Shown piece after piece: positions 30,524 through 42,654 of a stretch of 64,000 nt of DNA; within the stretch, counting starts at the first letter, position 1, and every line of letters begins with the position of its first letter. This stretch comes from an uncultured Spirochaetota bacterium (GTDB lineage: Bacteria; Spirochaetota; Brevinematia; Brevinematales; JAOACQ01), in the NCBI GenBank assembly GCA_963835575.1, contig CAWIGG010000002.1:1088001-1152000 (forward strand), given 5' to 3'. Position numbers and translations under genes: made by a program. Below the pieces are notes generated by a model. That model saw only the letters and a program-made list of their open reading frames with translations, had not been told where the DNA came from and ran no database searches.

Positions 30524-30837
30524 AAGAAATGATCGATTCAATTCTCAAAACTGAGGGAGAACTACAGAATAAGTCGAAAATAGCTCAATCAAAATCAGAG
30601 GAAATTACCCGGCTTGCCGATCAGAAAATTGATCAGCTTAGGAAAGAATTCGAAGATAAGATTCTTCAGGAAAAAAAGAAAAAATTAAACGCCCTGGAAA
30701 TAGAAATGAGGGTATATGAAGAAAAACTACATAAAAATCTCATGGAAGAGATTAATACGAAAGAGAATAAATTAAAAGCAAAGGCAAAAGCCATCAATTC
30801 CAGAATAATTGAGATTATTCTGGGTAAAGATAAATAA
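30520..30837 (+). CDS. V/A-type ATPase subunit G/H (peripheral stalk)
   Basis: About 105 aa charged coiled coil (MIDSILKTE...), operon context, ATGA overlap with the USP stop. Confidence 0.7.
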   Translation: MKEMIDSILKTEGELQNKSKIAQSKSEEITRLADQKIDQLRKEFEDKILQEKKKKLNALEIEMRVYEEKLHKNLMEEINTKENKLKAKAKAINSRIIEIILGKDK

Positions 30838-30846
30838 GAGGGCATA

Positions 30847-31851
30847 ATGTTCGGCGAAGAATATACATCGATATATCCAAAAGTAAAGATTTGGACTACA
30901 TCTCTCATGCTGACAAGAGGTAAAATTGACGAACTTCTCAGAATGAATTTAGCTGAATATGTGCGCCATATTAAAACATCTGCAAAAAAAATTGAATTTA
31001 ACACGGAAGATCCTGTTCTACTGGAAGGCCTGATCAAACAGGAAGGTTATTATTTCCTGGAAAGCATCAGCCGATTTTTATTGGGAGCAGCGAAAGATTT
31101 CATCCGGAACTGGTCGAAAATTTATGAAATAGAAAATCTAAAGATAATAACCAGGGCTATCTTAAATAAAAAACCCATCAATTTTCTTTACAGAATTCAA
31201 AAAAAAAGCAGAATACAACTTGAATTTGTAAAAGATGTCAAAACTCTGGAAGAACTTCAGGAGTTTCTCAGCGGTACGGATTATTACAGACTTGCTTTAG
31301 ATGCTTTACCTAGGATTAGTGAAGAGAAGAACACATTTTATTTTGAGATAAACCTGGACAATTTCTACGCGCTTAATCTTAAAAAGAAAATGATCCATCT
31401 CGGCGTCAATGAAAAACGCGAAATCAAGGACCTTTTTTTCCATTATCTCAATGTGAACAGAATTCTCTGGATATACCGGGCAAAGTATAATTATTCTTTA
31501 TCTAATGAGGAAATAATTGCTACTGTACCGAATATTCTGGGCGTTATGTCAAAAATGAGATATCAAAAATTGCTGGATTCTGAGACAAATGAAATGTTTA
31601 TCGATAATTTAAAGACTTACGGCCTACTGGAAACAAGAAACCCGGTCAATTTCAATCTCGAAAAAGAGATTTATTATAAATTATTGAAAAAGGGCAAAGA
31701 ATATCTGATAGGACTGCCGTTCAGCCTCGGTGTTTTTTTAGGGTTTTATATTCTTCATACGATCCATGTCAAAAATATGATTACCATTATGGAAGGAAAG
31801 AAAATGAATATTGATAACGAAAAGATCCTCGAAATGCTGATCTTCGACTAA
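30847..31851 (+). CDS. V/A-type ATPase subunit C (d)
   Basis: YEIENLKII.R, L.GT.Y, E..LD..Y, N.LWIYRAK, N.ITI.EG patterns. Confidence 0.85.
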   Translation: MFGEEYTSIYPKVKIWTTSLMLTRGKIDELLRMNLAEYVRHIKTSAKKIEFNTEDPVLLEGLIKQEGYYFLESISRFLLGAAKDFIRNWSKIYEIENLKIITRAILNKKPINFLYRIQKKSRIQLEFVKDVKTLEELQEFLSGTDYYRLALDALPRISEEKNTFYFEINLDNFYALNLKKKMIHLGVNEKREIKDLFFHYLNVNRILWIYRAKYNYSLSNEEIIATVPNILGVMSKMRYQKLLDSETNEMFIDNLKTYGLLETRNPVNFNLEKEIYYKLLKKGKEYLIGLPFSLGVFLGFYILHTIHVKNMITIMEGKKMNIDNEKILEMLIFD

Positions 31852-31866
31852 TAAAAGAGGTTTTAA

Positions 31867-33825
31867 ATGCTCAGATCACAGAGGATGAAGAAAATCGACG
31901 TCCTGATTATGAAAAAGCTTGCTGATGTAGTGTCAAAGGAAATCGTCAGATTCGGTGATTTTCAAACTATAGAAATTTTGGGCGAAAAAGCAAAAAATTA
32001 TATGCTGTATAAAACATCCATTGACGGAGATATGGCTCGGTATCAGGAGTTGGATAAAAGGATCAATTTTCTGACTACCGCATTTGAAAGCGCATTAGAA
32101 TCGCTCAATATGAAAGAGATAGAAGAGATAATTGATACGGAAATAGTTAAACAGGAAGATATTGAAAAGCATATAAAAAATATTGAATCGGATCTTAATA
32201 ATTATTACAATATCCTGGAAAAATTAAAAAGCGAACAGACTGATATAGCTATAAAAGTTAAGAGAATAGACTATTTCTCAAATTATAATCTGGATTGGAA
32301 AAAATTATCCGAAGTAAAATATTTCTCTATCGGTTTCGGCAGCATTCCTTCCACCAGTTATGACGGTTTTAACAGCGCAATGGAAACGCTGCCCTCAGTC
32401 TTGAACTATATCGATACAATACGGGATGATATTCTTGTTTTCTTTATTGTTTCAAAATCTTCAAAGGAAAAAGTAGATCAAATATTGAAAAATGTCTTTT
32501 TCAAGGATTACGGCATTCCGAACAGTGAAGAAGAAATCAATAAATCGAAATTGATCCATTATGCGTTTCAGCTTTCGGCTTCCTATGATGAAGAGTTATG
32601 GCAGGAAAAACAATACCGTAATATGGTATTAAAATACACCATGCTCCTGAAAAAACTAAAAAACAGCATTCAGTATTATATTTCCATGGAGCGTCTTAAA
32701 GGCGAAATGGTTTCAACTAATAAGGTATGTCTCTTTTCAGGATGGGTGCCAGCCAATCAAATTAAACTATTAAAAATTAATATTGAAGAGGTTACTTCCA
32801 AACAATGTGTGTTTCTTGAACAGGATGCGCTTGAAGCACTTAGGAAAGAAGGCCTGACGCCGCCGACCAAATTTTCAAATCCTTTCTTTTTAAAACCATT
32901 TGAAGGCCTGGTATCAACTTTCGGCCTGCCGAACTACAGGGAAATTGATCCGACACCCATAGCCGCTCTGACTTATCTGATCATGTACGGGGCCATGTTC
33001 GGCGATGTAGGTCATGGAATTGTCATTGCCCTGTTGGGTATTCTTATTTTATTGGTTAAAAAGTTAAAATCATTCAGGGATTTCGGCGCTATATTTTTAG
33101 GTATCGGACTGTCTTCGGCTTTATTCGGACTGTTTTATGGGGCTATATTCGGCTATGAGAATGTTTTCAAACCGCTCTGGATAAGGCCAATGGAACACAT
33201 TATGGACATCCTGGTTGTGGCTGTTCTATTCGGCGCAGGTATGATAATGCTTGGTATTATTATAAGCATAATAAACAGTCTTCTTGAAAAGAATTACGGG
33301 CGTCTCTTTTTCTCTCCAAACGGAATTGCAGGACTGGCTTTTTACGGAAGCCTTCTTTATGTAGGATACTCTGTTATGAGTAATAAGCCTTTTATACCTT
33401 ATGTATGGATAATACCTGCCGTTTGTGTATTCATGATCGCTTTTGAGAAAATACTGGAGCGGAAGCTATTCCATCATGAGGAAGGCGCTCATGATGAAAA
33501 ACCGAGCATAGCGCTCGGCTTTGTAGAAGTATTTGAATCATCCATGTCATTTCTCAGCAATACAATATCATTTATCAGGGTGGGGGCTTTTGCTTTAAAC
33601 CATGGAGCATTGATGAGCGTTGTATTCGTTCTGGCCGGCATGTCCACAAATCCGATAGTGCAATGGATAGCCCTGCTGATCGGGAATTTATTCGTTATCG
33701 GTTTCGAGGGATTTATCGTAGCGATTCAGGTCTTAAGGCTTGAATATTATGAGTTCTTTGTTAAATTCTTCAGAGCGAACGGAAAGGCATTTGAAGGCCT
33801 CGGAATATATAAGAGCAGTTCTTAA
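31867..33825 (+). CDS. atpI: V/A-type ATPase subunit I (a)
   Basis: GWVP, P.Y.EIDPT, MFGDVGHG, SNTISFIRVGAFALNH, IQVLRLEYYEFF.KF. Confidence 0.95.
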   Translation: MLRSQRMKKIDVLIMKKLADVVSKEIVRFGDFQTIEILGEKAKNYMLYKTSIDGDMARYQELDKRINFLTTAFESALESLNMKEIEEIIDTEIVKQEDIEKHIKNIESDLNNYYNILEKLKSEQTDIAIKVKRIDYFSNYNLDWKKLSEVKYFSIGFGSIPSTSYDGFNSAMETLPSVLNYIDTIRDDILVFFIVSKSSKEKVDQILKNVFFKDYGIPNSEEEINKSKLIHYAFQLSASYDEELWQEKQYRNMVLKYTMLLKKLKNSIQYYISMERLKGEMVSTNKVCLFSGWVPANQIKLLKINIEEVTSKQCVFLEQDALEALRKEGLTPPTKFSNPFFLKPFEGLVSTFGLPNYREIDPTPIAALTYLIMYGAMFGDVGHGIVIALLGILILLVKKLKSFRDFGAIFLGIGLSSALFGLFYGAIFGYENVFKPLWIRPMEHIMDILVVAVLFGAGMIMLGIIISIINSLLEKNYGRLFFSPNGIAGLAFYGSLLYVGYSVMSNKPFIPYVWIIPAVCVFMIAFEKILERKLFHHEEGAHDEKPSIALGFVEVFESSMSFLSNTISFIRVGAFALNHGALMSVVFVLAGMSTNPIVQWIALLIGNLFVIGFEGFIVAIQVLRLEYYEFFVKFFRANGKAFEGLGIYKSSS

Positions 33826-33863
33826 AACCATACAAATTCAGCCAAAACCGCAATATCTTTTGA

Positions 33864-34694
33864 TTATTCCTGCTTTTCTTTCCTGGCTTTTTTCGCTTCG
33901 AGAAGATTAACCCATAGTGATTGAGGAGAGTTATCAGATTTCACTTTCTGAAGCATCCGGGTTTGCGGAGGAAATTCGTATTTTTTTATTATCTCTTCAT
34001 ATAAAAAGTATCGCAATACATTTGAAATCCCGAAATAAAAAACCAGCGAGATCTTCCATAAGAATGTCAGAAAAATCAAGATAATAAAATCAATGAGAAA
34101 CAGGATAAATATAGGCAGAAAATTCCTTATGGCTATTTCCATGGAATATTTCAGGATTTCCGAAAACTTCAATTTCTTATAAACCGTGAACATCAGAGCA
34201 AAGAAATATTGAGTGATCATCAGGGTTAAATATGAAAAAATGACAAATGTCAGCATCAAATATTTGACCAGGCCGCTTCCGATCTTCATAAAATAAAAAT
34301 AACCCGTATAGCTGAAGAGAAGCGTCAAAATCCCATATATTACCGTTAAGAAAATGGAAGGTCCTATTGACCTGATAAATGAATTGCCTATTCCTTTAAA
34401 AAACTCCTTAAATCCATTCACATTTTCCTGGATGCAGTTTCTTTGCAGGTCCATGGCCATAAGCGATAACGGGAAAAAACCCTGTATCGCAATAAGAATG
34501 AAACTGAAAATACTGATCTGGAGATAATCTGTCATATTGATCACAGTTGAAAAGGATAAAAGTTTATCCAGAGCTCTTGCCACAAGAATAAAAAAGAAGG
34601 GATTGAGTGCCCCTATAATTGAGGCGATTATAAAAAAGAAGTAATATTCCCTCCAGCTGTTTATAGTCTTTTTAAAAATGTTAATAATAAACAT
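33864..34694 (-). CDS. Hypothetical multi-pass membrane protein
   Basis: 276 aa ORF with about 5-6 hydrophobic segments; AGGAG SD. Confidence 0.7.
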   Translation of the reverse strand: MFIINIFKKTINSWREYYFFFIIASIIGALNPFFFILVARALDKLLSFSTVINMTDYLQISIFSFILIAIQGFFPLSLMAMDLQRNCIQENVNGFKEFFKGIGNSFIRSIGPSIFLTVIYGILTLLFSYTGYFYFMKIGSGLVKYLMLTFVIFSYLTLMITQYFFALMFTVYKKLKFSEILKYSMEIAIRNFLPIFILFLIDFIILIFLTFLWKISLVFYFGISNVLRYFLYEEIIKKYEFPPQTRMLQKVKSDNSPQSLWVNLLEAKKARKEKQE

Positions 34695-34778
34695 ATTGAA
34701 ATTACTCCTGACAAAATTGATTAAATATTATACTTAATATAATTAAAAATACCAAATTTATATTTTATATTTGATATT

Positions 34779-34807
34779 TTGACTTTATAACTAATTTTTA
34801 ATATAAT
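34779..34807 (+). promoter_or_regulatory. Sigma70-type promoter upstream of the cobalamin riboswitch
   Basis: TTGACT-17 nt-TATAAT. Confidence 0.65.
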
Positions 34808-34814
34808 ATATTCA

Positions 34815-34975
34815 CTTATCATATGGTACCCGAATGGGTATAATAGGGAATCTGGTATAAAGCCAGAGCGCTGCCCGGCACTGTAAGGGATTTTTGTTTT
34901 CTCCTGAGCCACTGTTTTTTAGAACGGGAAGGCTCTGAGAATATTCTATCCCGAGTCAGGAGACCTGCCATAGAT
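34815..34975 (+). ncRNA. Cobalamin (B12) riboswitch
   Basis: Conserved elements in order: aatagggaa-tctggt..aa.ccaga, gctgcccggcactgtaa, gagccactg...gggaaggc, and B12-box gagtcaggagacctgcc. Confidence 0.92.
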
Positions 34976-35050
34976 AATATCTTATTTTCCTCGGGTCAAG
35001 GAAAAGGAGAAACACAGCCTCTCTTTTAGCCAAATTTATCCTTGTCTGTG

Positions 35051-36725
35051 TTGCCTGTCGGTTTTTATAACATGCTTCATGGACATACGGCAGGGTTCCC
35101 GTTAAAATAAAACGGGAGAAAAAGATGGCAAGATTTGAAAAGAACAGCCTGGAGCAGGGTGAGTTCCTCGCGATCAATATAGGCGAGCAGTTTGATGAGA
35201 ATTCCAGAGAATTTATACTAAAAGAATTCATCAAAAACCGTATTAAACTGGAGGATTTCGCGGCTTACTATAAGAACGACCATAGAGGCAGAGAGATTAA
35301 AAATCCTCGGGATGTGATCTGTGCGGTACTCTACGGTTACATTACGGGAAATCGTATCAGCCGAAAGATAGAAGATTTGCTGAAAAAACACATTGGGTTT
35401 ATGTATGTTTCAAACCGGCTGAAAATTGACCATTCGGTAATTTGCGAGTTCAAGGTACTTTTTCAGGAAAAGATCGAGGAGTTGTTCAGCCAGCTTTTAT
35501 ATATACTCAACGAAATGGGGTCTATAGATTGGGACATGGTAGTGGGTGACGGCACAAAGATCAAGGCCTACGCGAGTAAGAATAAGAATGTGGGAAAGAA
35601 ACATACCCGGAAGCTGATGGACACTTACCAGAAGATGGCGGAAAAGATTGTGAAACAAGACCTGGAACTGGAAGAATCTTACCGGGAAGGCAAGCTGGAG
35701 CAGCCTTATTACGAAGCGGAGAAGAAGCGGGTATCAAGGCGGAAAAAGATTTACGATAGTGTTTTGAACCAAATCGATGAATACAAAAAACAGGTAGAGA
35801 GAGGGGAAAAGACAGACGAAGAATTCACCAACCTGACTGATCCCGAAAGCAAGCTGATGTCTGGAAATCCGCATAGTGTGTTTATACAGGGATATAATTC
35901 GGCGATGATGGTCAGTAATAATGATGTGATTATAGATTTTGAAGCAATCACAACACCGGAAAAACAGCATACGGAAGAAATGGTAAAGAGGGTGGAACAG
36001 AAAAAAGCGGAATTAAAAGTTGATAAGGCTAGCAAATACCTTTTTGATTCGGGTTTTCAGGACATGGAAGAGACAATCCGGATGGTGGAGGAAGGAAAAG
36101 ACCTTTATGTGGATACGAAAGAGCGGGATTTCAGTGATAAATCACAGAAGCGAAGAGACTTTAAACTGGAAAAGATTGATGACGAATATATCCTGGGATG
36201 CCGGGGCGGCCGTAAGGAAAATGGGTATTTAGATCGAAATAACCAAAGATATACATTTTTGTATTCACGGAAGGGCTGTGAAAGATGTCCATTTTTCAGT
36301 GAGTGTTATAAAAACATCAAACCGAAAACACAGCAAAAGACAGTAATTTTCAGTGAGTTTGAATTGAATAATCGGTCTAAGATTGATGCTTATTTAACAA
36401 AACTTTACAGCGAAGAAGGGCAAAAGATATACAACCGCAGGATAGGTAAAGAACACGTATTTTCAAACATCAAAACACAGAAGGGTTATGTTCAGACAGT
36501 TTACAGAGGTCAACGGAAAGTGAATTTGGAGCTATGCTGGGTATCCCTTGCGCATAATTTTATGAAATATGCCCAATATTTGAGAAAATAGAGAGGATTT
36601 TGTATAGTCTGAGTATCGATTATTCGAAATTTATTATTAAAATCAGCTAAGCTGACAAAATTTTTATTTGCCCGCTTATTGTAAGGGGCTGGTTTGACTC
36701 CGAAAATGAAATAACCGACAGGCAA
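35051..36725 (+). mobile_element. IS1182-family insertion sequence (1675 bp)
   Basis: 13-bp perfect terminal IRs ttgcctgtcggtt / aaccgacaggcaa; 4-bp direct repeat TGTG at 35047-35050 and 36726-36729. Confidence 0.88.
35125..36591 (+). CDS. IS1182-family DDE transposase
   Basis: LYGY..G..ISRKIE, DHSVICEF, DGTKIKAYAS, TDPES.LM, QGYN, DSGF, EHVFSNIK. Confidence 0.88.
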   Translation: MARFEKNSLEQGEFLAINIGEQFDENSREFILKEFIKNRIKLEDFAAYYKNDHRGREIKNPRDVICAVLYGYITGNRISRKIEDLLKKHIGFMYVSNRLKIDHSVICEFKVLFQEKIEELFSQLLYILNEMGSIDWDMVVGDGTKIKAYASKNKNVGKKHTRKLMDTYQKMAEKIVKQDLELEESYREGKLEQPYYEAEKKRVSRRKKIYDSVLNQIDEYKKQVERGEKTDEEFTNLTDPESKLMSGNPHSVFIQGYNSAMMVSNNDVIIDFEAITTPEKQHTEEMVKRVEQKKAELKVDKASKYLFDSGFQDMEETIRMVEEGKDLYVDTKERDFSDKSQKRRDFKLEKIDDEYILGCRGGRKENGYLDRNNQRYTFLYSRKGCERCPFFSECYKNIKPKTQQKTVIFSEFELNNRSKIDAYLTKLYSEEGQKIYNRRIGKEHVFSNIKTQKGYVQTVYRGQRKVNLELCWVSLAHNFMKYAQYLRK

Positions 36726-37752
36726 TGTGGAAATAAGAAATAACATATTAAGAGCTTCTATGATTAAGCGTAATATTTTAACTATTGTTTTTCTTATTTT
36801 ATTTAGTGCTTTATTTGAAGAATCGAATTATCAATTAAGTTTTACTAATGAAAATAAATTATTTGATATCCCTTATCAGCCTGGAATTAATTATGATAAT
36901 TATAAAACACTTGATTTTAACTCAATTTACTCTAAACCACCTTCTTCTTCCATTGAGATTAAATCTCAAGGCACTCCTCCCGACCAGCTGAATACAATTT
37001 CAGCGGACGGAGGCCTTGCACAGCATACCAGAACCGCTTTAAACGGCCTTGTTATAGAAAACAGCCAGAACAATGTGCTGGACCTGTCGGTTTTACCTCT
37101 TGAATTTGCTTCCAGCATTGATGTCTATAAAAACAATCTGTCTCCATATGGAATCAGCGCCAGCTCAGGCCTGGTCAATTTCAACCTTTTTCCTGTAAAT
37201 AATCTTTCTTATCTTTCTTTTTATATGGGAAGCTATGCGAACTATGGCGGAAAATTATTACTGAATAAAGAAATAAACAATTCCCGGTTTTATCTGGGTT
37301 TAGCCGCATCCTCAGCCGATAATGATTTTATTTATGAAGACCAGTTTTCTGCTACAAATAAAGCATCAAACCCGGATTACAAAAAATACAGCATTATCGG
37401 ACGCTGGCAGACATCCGCCTTTGATCTGATTTTAACACATACGGGAAAGGAAGCCGGAACAGGAAATAAATACAGCGGCCAGGGACGGCAGAGCGACTTA
37501 TTCAGCACTGTTGATTTTACGACTTCCCTGAATAGTTTTAATTTTAATTTGAATTATATAAACTGGCAAAACAAATATTGGGACACTATCAACGGAACTA
37601 ATACACATCTCAACCAGACTATCGGAGTTAAATGCGATAAAAAAATAAATTTTCAGTTCATGAATACTACAATTAAATTAGCTGATAATTATTATATTCT
37701 AAACAGTACGCAATTAGGCAATAAATCGGATGATGATGTCAAATTAGCTCTA

Positions 37753-39035
37753 GGGCGGTTTTAAAAACCGCCTAATTTATCAACACTTCCCTGATAATAG
37801 AAAATATTTTCAAAATATTTCTGCCAACAGGTTAAAAACTGTTTCTATTACCAAAATTTAGCCAAACACGGGCAATATTATCCATATCTTCTGCATTTTA
37901 AGCCGCACAAGACGCAATTCGACCTTTTACCACAACATACCGTGCTAAATTATAAACCAGATTCATCAGCCCGATTTGGCTCTCTGCCCTTTCTTTTCCT
38001 ATCGATCGTATTGTACTGCCGTTCATACTATTTTCAACAAAACCAAAAACATGCTCAACACGAACTCGGATGCGGCTCTTTCTTCTATTTTTTTCTTTCT
38101 GCTTCTCCGTCAATGGCTTATTTCTGTATCCTTTTTCGTGAATCCGGTTTTTCATCTCAAATTTTTCTAATATTCCTGCTACCGTTGGGCCAACATATGC
38201 GCTGTCCGCGTAAAACGGCTTCCCTTTGTCTTTCTCATTCAATAGAGGTTCAACTACCTGTGAATCGTGAACGCTCGCATCTGTCGTGCATAAGAACGAA
38301 TAAGTTTTGACTTCACATCAACCTTTGTATGGTTTTTGTATCCGTAATGCCTCTCTTTATTCTTGGTCATCCAGCGCGCATCCGTGTCTTTATGGGAAAG
38401 CTTATGCGTATTATCTTTCCAATCTTCCGGAACCTCGCCTTCTTTTATTTTCTTGTTTTCTTCGCGGCTGTTCCTCTGCCGGGGAACATCCACAAAACTT
38501 GCGTCTACCATAACGCCCGCTTTCCCTATCACACCTTTATTCTCAAGATTCTCATCGAATATTTTAAAAAGTTTCTCTATTGCTTTCGCTTTCATCAGTT
38601 TTTCCTTGAATTCCCAGATTTTACTGTAGTCCGGAACTTTGTCCGAAAGTGTTATCCCAAGATATCGCTGAACGGATAACCTGTCATTGATCTGAAATTC
38701 CGCTTGCTCATCGGAAAGATTGTAATACCTCTGGAATATCAGTATCTTGAACATGAAAACATAGTCATAATGTGGCGCTCCACCCGGCGCCTTCTGCTCT
38801 TTCGGCGCCAAAATCTCTGTTAACAGCGGCCGGAACATCTCAAAGTCTACAACTCTGTTAAGCTTATCCAGCGGTGTTTTTACGCCGCTTAGCTTTTCCA
38901 TCCGCTCCTGATATTCAAACAAGTTACGGTCTTTCCGCTTAATTTTTGTCATAGCCTTACCTCTGTTTTCTTTGACTATGATTATATGTTTTTATATACT
39001 ATTTGTATATGATACGTGGGTTTTTCAAACCGCCC
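37753..39035 (-). mobile_element. IS5-family insertion sequence (1283 bp)
   Basis: Terminal IRs gggcggttttaaaaacc / ggtttttcaaaccgccc (16/17); 4-bp direct repeat TCTA at 37749-37752 and 39036-39039. Confidence 0.9.
37898..38952 (-). pseudogene. IS5-family transposase, frameshifted near 38286
   Basis: LSDEQAEFQINDRLS, VDASFV, DTDARW..K....YGYKNH in the first ORF; TDASVHDSQ, YADSAY, R.RVEHVFG continue in a shifted frame. Confidence 0.88.
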
Positions 39036-39118
39036 TCTATTAAATCAAATACCTATCGGTCCTGTTGATTTAGGATTGGCTTTAAACACAATCTACAGAT
39101 CCAGTACGCTATGCTTAA

Positions 39119-41230
<2,112 letters not shown>

Positions 41231-41241
41231 AGGAGGGTTTC

Positions 41242-41787
41242 GTGAAAATGGAGAATTTATTATTTTCGAGTATGTTCTGGGGTGGAATGTTGATTTTAGC
41301 AGGTATTCTTATCGTAATAAACGGGGTATTTCATACACAAATCCCTACTTTTAGAGTTATTGCAGCAGTTGTCTTTGTTGTTATCGGCATCATGATTTTA
41401 AACGGCAGTTTTAAATGGAGCGGTAAAGTTGAGCAGAATACAATCATATTCAGTTCGGGTTCAATGCCGTTTTCAAGCGGGACTAATAATGAGTACAATA
41501 TAATTTTTGGCAGCGGCGTTGTACAGCTTGAAAATCTTAAACTTGATAAAGGTAATATTAATGTGAAGGTTAATACTATTTTCGGTAGCGGGACAGTAGA
41601 AATCAGCCATGATATACCTGTAAAAATAATGGCGAATGCGGCATTTGGAGGAGTTCGTCTGCCGAATGAGAGATTTGTATCTTTCGGTCATGACACTTAT
41701 CAATCCGAGAACCTGAAAAAGGATGAGAACATACTTTTTATAGATGCTAACGCTGTATTCGGAAGCCTGAGGATAATTAGTAAATAA
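41242..41787 (+). CDS. LiaF/DUF2154-like membrane protein
   Basis: Two N-terminal TM helices and repeated IFGS/AFGG/VFGS beta motifs. Confidence 0.7.
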   Translation: MKMENLLFSSMFWGGMLILAGILIVINGVFHTQIPTFRVIAAVVFVVIGIMILNGSFKWSGKVEQNTIIFSSGSMPFSSGTNNEYNIIFGSGVVQLENLKLDKGNINVKVNTIFGSGTVEISHDIPVKIMANAAFGGVRLPNERFVSFGHDTYQSENLKKDENILFIDANAVFGSLRIISK

Positions 41788-41796
41788 ATGACCGGT

Positions 41797-42630
41797 CTAT
41801 TGTTTAACTGAAAGGTATTTATCGATTCTTTCAAGCAGTTTTCTGTCTTCATCATTAATCAAAGCTTTTAGTTTGTCTGTTCCGAGGTAAGTCCAGAACC
41901 TGAATTGATAAATGCTCTGTATAATGCCTTTTTTTATGACCTGAACAAGCAAATCATTCTTGCTGTAAACTGCTTTGGCATTCTTATCATCACTTATATT
42001 CATGAGCATGCTCTCTATTCCGTCTATGCAGATCAAAACGAAATTTCTGGGAATCTCATCGATTTTGATGGAATTTTCTAATTTATATGAATAAAGGGTG
42101 ATACCTCTTGTTTCAAGTTCATAATAAGAAAAAATATCGATATGGATTCCTTTTTGAAATTTCTCTTCTAATGATGAAATAAAATAATCAAGATTTTCCT
42201 GGTCCTGAATGCTTATATATATTTCCTTTTGAGCGTTTTCAATCATTTTGATAACAGAGTTGATAATGTTTTTTTTCCCTATGATATTCCAGAAATAATC
42301 GGTATTATCTACTATCAGAAAATCCCGTAGAGTTTTAGCAATATTTTTTTTGGCATCAGTAAAATCACTCTCAATATTTTTCAGAAATTCGTCGATTTCC
42401 ACCGGAATATAAGTATCAGGATTGGATTTAATGATCCTCGCTCCACCTTTCTCAACCAGGCGGTTCAGCATTTCATAGACTACAGGCCGGAGTATTCCGC
42501 TATTTTTACTCAGCTGATAACCCGTAATCGGATGGTTTTCCAGAAGCGCTAAATATACCTTTGCTTCATTAGAACTTAATCCTAATTTTTCAAAACTGCC
42601 TATAATATCCGGATGTTCACTGATACGCAA
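41797..42630 (-). CDS. TrmB-family transcriptional regulator
   Basis: LGLSSNEAKVYLALL...TGYQLSKNSGI.R..VYE.L.RL.EKG; MIENAQKEIYIS. Confidence 0.88.
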   Translation of the reverse strand: MRISEHPDIIGSFEKLGLSSNEAKVYLALLENHPITGYQLSKNSGILRPVVYEMLNRLVEKGGARIIKSNPDTYIPVEIDEFLKNIESDFTDAKKNIAKTLRDFLIVDNTDYFWNIIGKKNIINSVIKMIENAQKEIYISIQDQENLDYFISSLEEKFQKGIHIDIFSYYELETRGITLYSYKLENSIKIDEIPRNFVLICIDGIESMLMNISDDKNAKAVYSKNDLLVQVIKKGIIQSIYQFRFWTYLGTDKLKALINDEDRKLLERIDKYLSVKQ

Positions 42631-42654
42631 TGTTTCCTCCCCTTTATGCTGATC

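Noticed and set aside
34721..35234. ORFs 34721-34912 and 34956-35234 on the minus strand
   Set aside because: They overlap the cobalamin riboswitch, its promoter and the IS end; not credible proteins
36727..36759. GTG start at 36727 for the receptor ORF
   Set aside because: The GTG lies in the target-site duplication; ATG 36760 gives a proper signal peptide (MIKRNILTIVFLILFSA)
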